A stretch of 48,563 bases of DNA, counting the filler, from Catajapyx aquilonaris (lineage: Eukaryota), in the NCBI GenBank assembly GCA_000934665.2. It is 3 parts of 3 records of this genome, joined end to end, with 100 filler letters (N's around TTAATTAATTAA, not from the genome) between each part and the next. Parts side by side here need not be neighbours in the genome. Positions count along the whole stretch, not along the records: positions 16,244 to 32,365 come from JYFJ02007284.1; positions 32,466 to 48,563 come from JYFJ02007285.1; 1 more part is not named here. One strand, written 5' to 3'. The position numbers and the translations under genes were made by a program. Shown here one piece after another: positions 24,211 through 34,329 of the stretch; positions within the stretch are counted from its first letter, which is position 1, and each line of letters opens with the position of its first letter. Below the pieces are notes generated by a model. It did not search any database. It was not told the DNA's origin and saw only the letters and a program-made list of their open reading frames with translations.

Positions 24211-27018
24211 ATGACTATTTCAGTGCTCATAGCAACCGAACGGGAGGACGGTATGAACACAAAAACATTTTTTCTCTCGGAAGTGCCAAAAGTGCATTTA
24301 ATGGGTTCTGCCTTGGGGGGGCAGAAGGGCCACAAGGGAGAACAAGAAAATGTGGAAGTCCTCATCCATTGGCCTGATGAGGATCAAACAAGCATTCTTC
24401 CCATTTCCAAGATAATTGCCTCTGACAATGGGAGTGGCGTGGTAGTAGGGGAAACTGTCAAAATCTGCCATAGAGGTGCAACTCTGTCAGGAACAGTGAT
24501 GAAGCTGAGTGGTAAGAAGCTTAATTCAGTCCCTGGTACAGGGTGATTCATATAAAACTGACACATTTCTTTATTTCTTTATTCGGATGGACATGCACAT
24601 AATGGCCCCTTTTTAGTTTCGCATTAAGCGGGATCCTTGGGAGATGTGGTTCCTTATTGTCAGTGGATTGCCCGGGTGTTCATATCTGCGGTGTTGCCAG
24701 CTGTTTTGCGCCATTTTGTGACAGTTATTGCTGTCAAGATGCAGGTTTGGTACGCAATCCCCGCACAGAGAATAGTGGGACCAATTTTCTTCCACAGGAC
24801 TGTTAACACCGAAGAGTACCGACGCATTTTCATGGAGTTTGTTGAGCAACTGGATGACATAGAGCTGGGTAAAGGATATTTTCAACAAGGCGGTGCCACA
24901 TGCCATACATCAAACAAATCCATGGAGCTCATTGATCCTTTACCCAGCTCTACGTCATCCAGTTGCTCAACAAACTCCATGAAAATGCGTCGGTACTCTT
25001 CGGTGTTAACAGTCCTGCGGAAGAAAATTGGTCCCACTATTCTCTGTGCGGAGATTGCGTACCAAACCTGCATCTTGACAGCAATAACTGTCACAAAATG
25101 GCGCAAAACAGCTGGCAACACCGCAGATATGAACACCCGGGCAATCCACTGACAAGGAACCACATCTCCCAAGGATCCCGCTTAATGCGAAACTAAAAAG
25201 GGGCCATTATTTGTGCATGTCCATCCGAATAAAGAAAGAAAGAAATGTGTCAGTTTGATATGAATCACCCTGTATATAACTTATATTGCAGTTGCAAGTT
25301 GGGAGGGAATTCTGCAATGTCATACTTTCAGTTCCACATGACTTATTTCTGCTTTCAATGACTATTGCAGCCAATCATCAAGAATTGTCTGACTATGACA
25401 ATGACCTACATTTAAGTGAGCCTCACCAGGTGCAGGTTCCAAAGCGCACACACTTCAGCAGATTTGTAAACAACCATGTCCCAAGTGACGAGGAGGAAGA
25501 AGAGGCACCACCACCACCTAGAGCCAATTTGAAAAACTTGAAGGCACGCCGAGACGCCCAAAGAAATCTTCAAGAAGGACTGCGCCATGTCCAAGATGAC
25601 ATTGCCACCCAGCTGACACGAAAGAAGGCCAGGCTGGAAAAGGACACTGCCGGTGTCCCAGCTGCAATTGGACGGGCTTCCCGTGTGCTGATAGGTGGTG
25701 ACGAGATATATGAAGGTGAAATTATCCCAACTTGCCGTCAGGGTGAGCCTGACCCAATGGCAGTGAGGGTCATGCAATTAGAAAGTGAACTAGCAGAAGC
25801 ACGGGCATGGATTAGGCAGCTAGAAGAGGAGAGGGCTCTGGGAGAGCAGAAGCTAACTTTGGTGACACAATGTACATGAAAGTCTCATATTCTCTGGGAA
25901 ATACGAAATGTTACAGTATGCCATTCTGATTATAAAACGCCCTGTATTATTATTATTTTTTTTTAAATTACACCCTTGAAGCCTTCAGGCTTATATAGGG
26001 GGGAGGTTTTTCGACCATTTTCAATCTCTCCGGTGCTAGGATGGAGGGGGGGACAGTGGTGCAAGTGCAATGTCTCATGGCGGAGGCCGTGTGCAGTCCC
26101 CCAGAGGGCTTAGGTTGAAAGACGACCCTCTAGGTGCGGGTAAGAGACCTCCCACAAACACCGCACCTCCTCCAGTGTGGGACATGGATAGGAAAGGTAG
26201 GAAGCGGCTGTGGCCTACGATTAGGAAACAACTCCGGTATTCACCTGGGGGTGACCGTGGGAAACCACAGAAAACCACGGTCAGAGTTGCCGGCCTGGGG
26301 ATTTGATCCCTGGACCTCCCGATTTGCAGCCGGATACCAAATCCCCTCCGCTACCACTGCTTCGGTAAAACGCCCTGCATTACAGTTCCTGATGGTGTAC
26401 TGCAGTACCTGACCAATTTGGCGTCTCTTGGAAGAAGTGTTGGTTGGGTATGTTTTTATATTTCTGTATGCATATAAAGTAACTATAAACAATAGCAATT
26501 TCAATGTAAATCTCTTGTTTCAGAGCGTGGATCCAAATGGATCCTTTATTGTTAATGGCCGCCTGATGTCCACTGCTTCTAATCGAAGAGCAGACGATGA
26601 ACTGCCAGCAAACCAGGACCCGTCTCTGCTTAACAAGGTTTGTTTAATACAGTGTCCAGATGATTGCTACACAAAACATACACTTGTATCTCAAAAATAA
26701 TTTTTCTTGTGCAATAATCTTTGAGTTAAATTTTTTGCAAAGAGACACTTTCAAAGTTTTTCTTCTTGCAAGACTTTCAATAAATTTCAACTGCTTTATT
26801 GTTAACTGTTATGGCCACTGACAATTTTGTGCCTGCTTTACTCTCATGTGGGATATCCCAGCTAAAAGGGTTTCATATGAACAGGTCTTGCTGTAGAGGA
26901 AAAAGGAAAATTTGTACTCGTATGTTATACCATCCTTTTCTCTTTTTCAGGTAGAACTAGTGGCAGGGTCCAACATCTGGGTGAGCAGGGCACAAAAAAG
27001 TGCTGCTCTCCTTAAGGG
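24211..27018 (+). CDS. Spliced, 3'-broken gene, probably transposon-borne: beta-rich N-terminal domain, coiled coil, start of a BEN-like domain. Exons 24211-24511, 25371-25871, 26386-26447, 26524-26637, 26951-~27018
   Basis: Four GT-AG introns with compatible phases (1,1,0,0) give one open frame: VLIHWPDEDQTSILPISKI...VGETVKI...GTVMKLS; MQLESELAEARAWIRQLEEER coiled coil; last exon VELVAGSNIWVSRAQKSAALLK resembles a BEN-domain N-terminus, then switches to Helitron sequence. The exon 2 donor (gtacat) is weak. Confidence 0.65.
24539..25272. mobile_element. Fold-back mariner (rosa/DD41D-like) derivative with ~340-bp inverted arms, in intron 1 of the BEN-like gene
   Basis: TA|CAGGGTGATTCATAT...ATATGAATCACCCTG|TA; arms 24539-24877 and 24935-25272 are near-perfect reverse complements; encodes transposase fragment VWYAI..QRIVGPIFF..TVNTEEY...YFQQGGATCHT. 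Confidence 0.93.
25950..26365 (-). mobile_element. tRNA-derived SINE (family A head and body) in intron 2 of the BEN-like gene
   Basis: TSD TAAAACGCCCTG(T/C)ATTA at 25933-25949 and 26366-26382; minus-strand head ccgaagcagtggtagcggagggg...gggatcaaatcccc (A/B boxes); A-rich/(TAA)n tail; body shared with 2258-2587. Confidence 0.88.
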
Positions 27019-28548
27019 CTCACCGCACTCAAGTTCACAACATTTGTCGTGAGATTCCACTCGAAACTAATTACAACACCCAAGAACTAATCCAAGAGGT
27101 TGCTCTTAATGAGCCAAAGTTGCTTCCGGATCAGAGAGCTGCTTATTCAACTATAGTACACAATGTCCAGGGTCAGAAAGGTGGAGTTTTTTTTCCTTGA
27201 TGCACCAGGAGGAACTGGTAAAACATTTGTGACAAATCTGTTGTTGGCAAAAGTGCGTCAGGATCAACACATTGCACTTGCGGTTGCCTCTTCTGGCATA
27301 GCATCCACTCTTTTGCCTGGTGGGAGGACTGCTCATGCAGCATTCAAGCTTCCTTTAAATTTAGCCACTCAGGAAAATGCTACATGCAACATCAGCAAGG
27401 GTACCGGGGTGGCCCAACTTTTGAGCCAGTGCAGATTAATTGTTTGGGATGAGTGCACCATGTCCCACAAAGCAGCTTTTGAAGCTCTGGACAGGACACT
27501 CCAGGATATCCGAGAAACCAAACAAATTATGGGTGGAGTAACTTTGGTGTTGGCTGGGGACTTCAGGCAGACATTGCCTGTTGTTCCACGAGGCACACAA
27601 GCAGATGAGATCAAAGCTTGCCTCAAGTCTTCCCATCTCTGGACTCATGTGACTAAATTCCATCTTTCTACGAACATGAGGGCCTCTCTGCTTGGCGACT
27701 ACTCCTCAGAGGAATTTGCACGTGACCTCTTGAAATTAGGAAATGGCAAAATTAGAACCGATGCCCAAGGGAACGTTGACATGGGATTGATCGGTACAAT
27801 GGTGTCCTCTGTCGATGAGTTAAAATTTAAGGTCTTTCCCAATCTTTGCCTCAACTACCAGAGACAAAGTTGGTTGTGTGAGAGAGCAATTTTAGCTCCA
27901 AAAAACAACGCCGTCAATCTCATCAACGCCCAACTCCTCAACGAACTACCTGGTCCTTCCCACTGCTACAAGTCTGTCGACACAGTTCCAGACGAGACCC
28001 AGGTGGTGCACTACCCAACCGAATTCTTAAATTCTCTAGAACCTCCTGGAGTCCCACCTCACTCTCTCACTCTAAAAATTGGTACTCCCATTATGCTCAT
28101 TCGCAGCCTGGATCCACCCCGACTCTGCAATGGCACTCGACTTGCTGTGAAAACTCTTATGCCCCATGTCATCCAGGCTACAATTCTCTCGGGATGTGGC
28201 AAGGGAGAAGACGTCCACATTCCCAGAATTCCTGTCATCCCGACGGACTTGCCTTTTGAGTTCAGGAGGCTCCAATTTCCTCTAAGGCTCAGCTTCGCCA
28301 TGTCCATCAACAAGTCTCAGGGACAAACTTTGAAGGTGGCTGGGCTGCAACTGGAAGAGCCGTGCTTCTCTCACGGGCAGTTGTATGTTGGAGCCTCACG
28401 TGTGGGAAGCCCTAACAGTCTCTTTGTTTACGCACCGGATGGAAAAACTAAGAACATTGTCTACACAGAAGCCCTGGGCGGATCATTACATCATGACACC
28501 TTCACTCTCTCTCACTCTCTCTCTCTCCCTCTCTCTCTCTCTCTCTGA
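27019..28548 (+). pseudogene. Helitron Pif1-like SF1 DNA helicase domain; Rep domain missing, one frameshift in the T8 run at 27187-27194
   Basis: LDAPGGTGKTF (Walker A), IVWDECTM (Walker B), GDFRQTLP, LSTNMR, FAMSINKSQGQTL, HGQLYVGASR. The upstream frame (LLPDQRAAY...GGVFF) joins the 27163 frame if one T is removed. Confidence 0.92.
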
Positions 28549-29015
28549 CACTCTTTCACGCTCACTTCCTCACATCCTAATTCATCACACCACAACAGAT
28601 TAGTACCATGTCACACTTCATCCACATTTATTTATTTTTGTTTAAAAAAAAAGCCCATCGATGGTATCTCCACCTAGACGTGGTGGTGGGCCTTGAGTTC
28701 TCCAGTGACCCCATAGCTGCCTGCTGGCACAGTCACCTGGGCCAGGTTGGCCATTTTGGGGTTGGGGAATAACTAAGAGAGGTGCCGGTCTTTCAATGCT
28801 ATTCTACATTTACTGCACATCCTTCAATTTTTCATTACATACTATTACTGGATTTTTAAGGTACATTGTGAATTTTCTTACTCTCTCACATCCGCAATGT
28901 CACATGCATGCCAACATTGTATAGTCATAATTACTGCAACGGTTTCTACCAAATCAACGAGTCACTCCAATGGAAAAGTATTTCATAACCCGAGCAACGC
29001 CGGGTATCCTGCTAG
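27019..29015 (+). mobile_element. 5'-truncated Helitron (3' part of RepHel plus 3' terminus)
   Basis: Pif1-family helicase coding region; 3' hairpin ACCCG-AGCAACGC-CGGGT (28988-29005), then CTAG (29012-29015) followed by T. Confidence 0.93.
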
Positions 29016-29034
29016 TTATTATTATTTCTTATAG

Positions 29035-30411
29035 GCGGTGAAGCATTCATGGAGGTAACCAAAACATTATTAGATATACAAGCCATAAAGACTGGTGGCA
29101 GACAAACTGTTCATGTTGAAGTCAATGGCGAACGGAGATTATATATGGTGGCAATGCGAGGGGAGAAAAGCCTCCAATGGACGGAGGAAGGGACAAAACT
29201 CCTTCTGGCAGAGTATAGCGAGCTCAAGAGGGCTATGGAGGAAAAGAAAATCATCATGAAGAAAAAAAAATTGTGGGAGAGAATTGCCGAACACATGGCC
29301 CAAAAGCATGGCTATGCGTTCTCTCCCACGCAGGTGGAGAATAGATGGAAGACCCTTGACCGGTCATACAAAAAAACTGTGGACCACAACAGAAAGACCG
29401 GTCGGGGACCGAAATCATGCTCCTATCAAGCGTATGCTCAAATATTAATATAACATTGCACTGTACTTGCATGTGGGATTAACAAGTTTTGACTTATGTT
29501 GCAATGTTTATTGCATGATACTCATATTCAGTCATGTGTGGTATTGTTAATCTCTCGGGGCATAAAGGTTTTTCCTGCATTTTGGCCTAGGGCATGTACA
29601 TTTGTAATCTACACATAATTCGATTGTATTTTTAAAATTCTCAAATTTCTATAAATTGTCTACAGCCTTGTTAATCCAATATGCATACATAAATGCAATT
29701 ACAATATTAATTTATTAGAAATATCTCAAAAAGTATTGCCATTAAAACCACAAGGTTGGTTAAAATGTGTTTGGTCATTTACCGCTAAAGAAGCACTAAT
29801 TTAGTGTCACTTTGATGGAAAACATCACCCGAATCAATAGCTTAAACATATATAGTGCATATCTCTGACCATTCTAATGACCATAAGTCATTTTCCTTCA
29901 TTTACATGTAACACTGATTGATTAGTGCATTTATATTACAGTGAAATGGAGGAGATCCTACGCGAAAAAGCCTCCATAAACCCAGCGTGCCTGGTGAGCG
30001 CCATATCTGGAGTTGAACATAGTGAAGAGTAAAGCATATAATCAATTATCTTTTTTAAGTGGGGGGGATTTCATTTTACCTTTTTGTAATAATACACTCA
30101 TGTTTTTCAGTCTGAATGATTCAGCTACTAACGAGGTCGAGGCTCACCAGGCAGCTACGATCTGCACACCAGAGGAACCACCAGCAAAGAGAAAGGCAAC
30201 ACCCTTGGAGCTCCTGAGACAGGACCTGTCTGCATGGAGGAAGGAGGCTGAGGACTCAAAACGGAAGAGGGAAGAAACACGACTGGAGCAGAAAGCTGAG
30301 CGAGAAGAGAAGGAGGCAAGGAAAATAGAGAGGCAGGAAAGGAGGGAGGCTGAAAAAAACAGAAGGCATGACGAGAAAATGCAGCTTCTAAAGAATTTAC
30401 TGACGGACTAG
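29035..30411 (+). CDS. PIF/Harbinger Myb/SANT-like (trihelix) DNA-binding gene; exons 29035-29431, 29942-30028, 30111-30411; upstream exon(s) possibly missing
   Basis: WTEEGTKLLL...KKKLWERIAEHM...FSPTQVENRWKTLDRSYKKTVDHNRKTGRG; phase-2 introns join to CSYQAEMEEIL..ASINP and a charged coiled-coil tail ending RRHDEKMQLLKNLLTD*; AATAAA at 30418. Confidence 0.88.
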
Positions 30412-30482
30412 AATGATAATAAATTTTCTCATTCTCGTGAATTTATTTGGGTCTTCATGCAGTTACAGCCAATTTATTTAAA

Positions 30483-31252
30483 TTATGAACTTAGTAGTCG
30501 TGCCACCTCATCTCGTAAATTCTCCCCACTTTGATCAGAGCTGGAGATGTCTGGTTCCTCCTCCCTATCTTCAGTTTCTTGGTAAAATGGAAATCCATCA
30601 TTCATTGCTAGGTTATGTAATACACAGCATGCCATGATGATTTTACATATGATGTGAATGCGCCTGAGGGGCACATAACGAAGCAGTGGAAATCTCTGTT
30701 TCACCATGCCAAAGGTATGTTCAATCCTGACTCGACTGCTGCTGAGCTTCTTGTTGTACTTTTTTTGCCTTGTTGTAAGATGCCCGTTGTCTCGGTATGG
30801 TGTCAGGCAATGGGTTGAGAGAGGATAAGCTGAGTCACCCAGAATGTAGCTGCCTGCAAAGAATTAGTGAAACAGTGAGAAGCAAATAGTGTGATGTTGG
30901 ACATTGCATATCAACTTTCGATGGTTCAACATTCAATATTAGAAAAATATTGAACTCATCAATCTTCCATATATTGAAATATCAGACAGCTCCATTAGCG
31001 AGGATGGAAATGTAATGTTTGACATGCACCTACCATCTTTGCACAATTCTGCAAGCTTTGTGAAAATAGTTGAGTTCTTGTACACTCTGGCATCATGCAC
31101 TGACCCGGGAAATCCGCAGTACACATCAGTAAATTTCTTCTTAAAATCGCAAATGCCCTGCATTTGTATAGAATAATCTTTCTTCCTATTGAAGTAACTC
31201 ACAGGATCTTGCTTTGGGGCATCAATTTTTATGTGAGTTCCATCTATACATC
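30483..31252 (-). CDS. PIF/Harbinger DDE nuclease (HARBI1-type transposase), last two exons 31252-31034 and 30853-30483; N-terminal exons not found
   Basis: GCIDGTHI, YFNRKKDYSIQMQGICD, GFPGSVHDARVY, ILGDSAYP, RVRIEHTFGMVKQRF, ACCVLHN; GT-AG intron in phase 1. Confidence 0.93.
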
Positions 31253-31369
31253 CTGCAAGTAATCCAGGACAAGATCATTAACAATATTTGCAAGTGATAT
31301 CTATAACATAGGAAAGAAAAAAAGGCATTGCTCACACTGGAATATACAGTATGTAATTAAATTTCTACA

Positions 31370-32060
31370 CAGCATTTCGTCGTTAGGCATCGGAAATCCG
31401 CTATGTGGAGATTTTGGCTGAAATGAGGTTCATAGTGGAACGCGACGAAAACCGCCATGTGCATCTGCTGTGAAAACCCGCCAAGTGTGGCGACAGCCAG
31501 AAATGAGGAAAAAAGGACGTACCATTATCTGACCATATACGCTATGTGGAGCAAGCCCATTTAGTTCAAAGAAATTCAGCTATGTGGTGCATGTTACACA
31601 CAGCGGATTTGTATAGAAGTGGCAGAAGCCATATAGCGGCTTTCGCGTAGCGGCTTTCACATAGCAGCTGTATGGGCAAGTTCGGCTTTGTGGTGGTGAA
31701 GGCTCCGTGGTGAAGGTCTGCCGTAAGTTTGCTTGGTTTCTAGTCTAATTATTATTACTATACTTGAATATTAAAGGGGCAGTGTGTCTAGGTTCTGGTG
31801 TATGCCCTGGTGTACCTCCGTGCACAACATCATCGCCATACCTGCCACACGAAATAGATAGCCTACATGGTCAAAAAAAATCATGAACATACCCATGGCC
31901 AAGTCATTCCGAGGGAAGCGTCTTGTCCAGATGGCACTACAAAACATGGCGTCGGCATCAGACGTACCACTTGGCACACAAGTCAACGTGCATGTTGATG
32001 GTGCAAGCAGCTCTGTACTTTCAGAACAAACCACTGTCAATTCCGACCATCAACGTGACA
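31370..32060 (+). mobile_element. Probable left part of an unclassified DNA transposon upstream of the recognised Harbinger nuclease exons
   Basis: Repeated GCTATGTGG (near 31400, 31541, 31579) with related inverted copies around 31630-31667; ORF MAKSFRGKRLVQMAL... ends at a stop supplied by the Helitron start at 32061. Confidence 0.4.
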
Positions 32061-32365
32061 TCTAATATATATAAAGCCCCAATCCGACGAGGAGGAGGAT
32101 GAAAAAGATTTCGCACTTCCCGGCGTCGCACAGACGTCGGACTTACGCCGTTGGATTCCTTGCACCCGATTTACAATTTCCAAAAATCCTCAAAACCGCG
32201 AATTTCCCAGCCGTTTTCGAGATCGCCGAATTAAATGTAGACGCAAACCAGAGATCGCGAAATTAATGTATACCGCCAACTCCCCAACTGTCGCCCCCCC
32301 ACCCTCTTGCCTCCCCCACTGCCCCCAAAACTTCCACTCCTCGACCTCTAATCTGCCACTACGTC
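32061..32365 (+). mobile_element. Helitron 5' end running into the assembly gap
   Basis: A|TCTAATATATATAAAGCC resembles the 5' ends (A|TCTATATAAATAAAGCC) of the non-autonomous Helitrons in the TMTC2 introns. Confidence 0.6.
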
Positions 32366-32465
32366 NNNNNNNNNNNNNNNNNNNNNNNNNNNNNNNNNNN
32401 NNNNNNNNNTTAATTAATTAANNNNNNNNNNNNNNNNNNNNNNNNNNNNNNNNNNNNNNNNNNNN
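32366..32465. other. Scaffold gap with artificial TTAATTAATTAA linker
   Basis: Same construction as the first gap. Confidence 0.97.
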
Positions 32466-32864
32466 TACAATTTGCAAACATTCTTTGGCAAATCCACTTT
32501 AGCACCATGTCTTGAACTCGACACAATGGGCCAACCTGTAGCATGGACTTAGTCTTTTTTTTTGAAAATTGTGTTTTTTTAAATGTATGATGATGACATT
32601 AACAATGAGGACCATATTAATTATAATATTATGGGGGTATATGACGTTCTTGGGGGTAGGGGGTATGTAAATTGACAGCAATCGCAAGAAATTATGGGGC
32701 GAGTCGGATCAACATCCAACCACAATGATATTTGGAAACGTTTTTTTTCGCTGTTTATGTTAAAGACTTTGAAAGAAGTTAGTGAGGGATTAGTAGTCTA
32801 TAATGTGTTACGTCCGGTAGTCTTGGAAGTGGTTCGTGATACTTACACGCGGTATCGCCAAATG

Positions 32865-33068
32865 TTATTTCCTGGTCTGCTCTCTGGACGAAGCCTGATG
32901 CGTCCTGAGTCCCAGCCTTGACAGCAAATTGTGCAGCTTCCTCAGGTTGGTCATGGTCGTCTCGTCGTCTGGTCTAAGCCTGAGGGCCTCCATGTAGCTG
33001 TCTTCCGCTTCCTGATACTTGCCATTAACGTGCAGCATGGCGCCGAGGTTCATGTGGCTCCGAGCGTC
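32865..33068 (-). CDS. TMTC2: TMTC2-like terminal coding exon D
   Basis: tctttgatag acceptor, phase 0; DARSHMNLGAMLHVNGKYQEAEDSYMEALRLRPDDETTMTNLRKLHNLL...* resembles the TMTC2 C-terminus (MNLGAILHLNG...ALQLKPDD...NLRKL). Confidence 0.9.
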   Translation of the reverse strand, partial: DARSHMNLGAMLHVNGKYQEAEDSYMEALRLRPDDETTMTNLRKLHNLLSRLGLRTHQASSREQTRK

Positions 33069-34165
33069 CTATCAAAGACACGTCAGACCAAATGGTTGTT
33101 TAAGCTGCCTCATCATTAGCATCCCCACCAAAACCTCCACGCTAATCCGATTGTCACCTGGGCTTTGTGTTTTAATAATCAGATGCGAAGTGGGATCCCC
33201 CCATCCCCCTCTAGACCCTCATTGTTATTAAACCCACCTGATTATGAATGCCTCTTTTGAGGTGTGATTATGCTTGCATGCAAACACCACACTCCCCACT
33301 CCAGAGTTATTCAGAACGAACGTCTGGATATATTTTTTTGTGTAACCAGCGATGTAATACTAATATCCAGGATATATGCTGGAACTTTGTAAGACATAAC
33401 GTAACCTCACCATAGAAGTTACATCCGTGTATGATATATCCGTATCATACATTCAACATTTCATTGAATTGGGCATTTGAATGGACAATGGTTCTACCTA
33501 CAGGGGTACGCTTGTGATGGGGTCAACGCCATCTATTGCTAGATCAACAGCAAGTGGCCTGACAACTGCACAAATTTATCAGCACCAACCCTGGCGTATT
33601 ATATTACATGACAGCATGCCGTGGCAGTGCTCTAATGAAGCGTGGTAGAGCAGCAGAAAATATCGGTTATTATTTCCCACTGTATAATTGATATATATAT
33701 TTTAGTACCAGTAAACACAAGGCAGTGCCTACAGTATATACAGCTGGCCAAGACCGGGGTCGGCCTTCGGCTTTTCATAAACGGCCAGCCCCAAGCCGCA
33801 CGTAAATTGCCAGGAATTCGCGGTCGCAGACATCCCTCCAAAGGCCATATATCAAGTCTCACATATTGCTGCCTCAGACAAGCGGTTATATCTACGCCGC
33901 TCTGGGCACAGCCGAGTTTGTTCTGCGTTCCACAAAGGACGTCCAGATGCCAAGTCAAAACCATGCCAAACTTCTTCGCTTTTGGTGCACTATTGGAAAT
34001 GCCCGGTTTTACGTCCGTCAGTTACACTAGTCGTATGTCATTTGAAGGGTATATAAATAATTAAAATTGAAGCGGTTCGGATGATGAGAATTATCTGGTT
34101 TTCTGAAATTGAGCGCATATTTGGCCAATTCCGAGTTGTTATATGCCAAATACACAGCGGGTTCT

Positions 34166-34329
34166 GGAGCCATATATACTCATCAAGGTCACTCGCAATC
34201 GACAAAGTCGATTGACGTCAAAATAACGTCGCCAATTCTCCTCACCCTGCCCTGGTCGGCATTGGCGACGTCATTTTGACGTCAATCGACTTTGTCGATT
34301 GCGAGTGACCTTGATGAGTATATGGCTCC
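34166..34329. mobile_element. Hairpin MITE (~70-bp inverted arms, ~24-nt loop) in the last TMTC2 intron
   Basis: GGAGCCATATATACTCATCAAGG...GTCGCCAAT / ATTGGCGAC...CCTTGATGAGTATATGGCTCC. Confidence 0.85.

Noticed and set aside
24637..25172. Mirror-image ORFs as real genes
   Set aside because: They are by-products of the fold-back mariner; the second catalytic Asp position reads G (FQQGG) and the rest of the transposase is missing
27163..28548. Host PIF1 gene
   Set aside because: Intronless, 5'-truncated and followed by a Helitron hairpin and CTAG
33963..34010. THAP-like start MPNFFAFG
   Set aside because: The cysteines and downstream THAP motifs are absent
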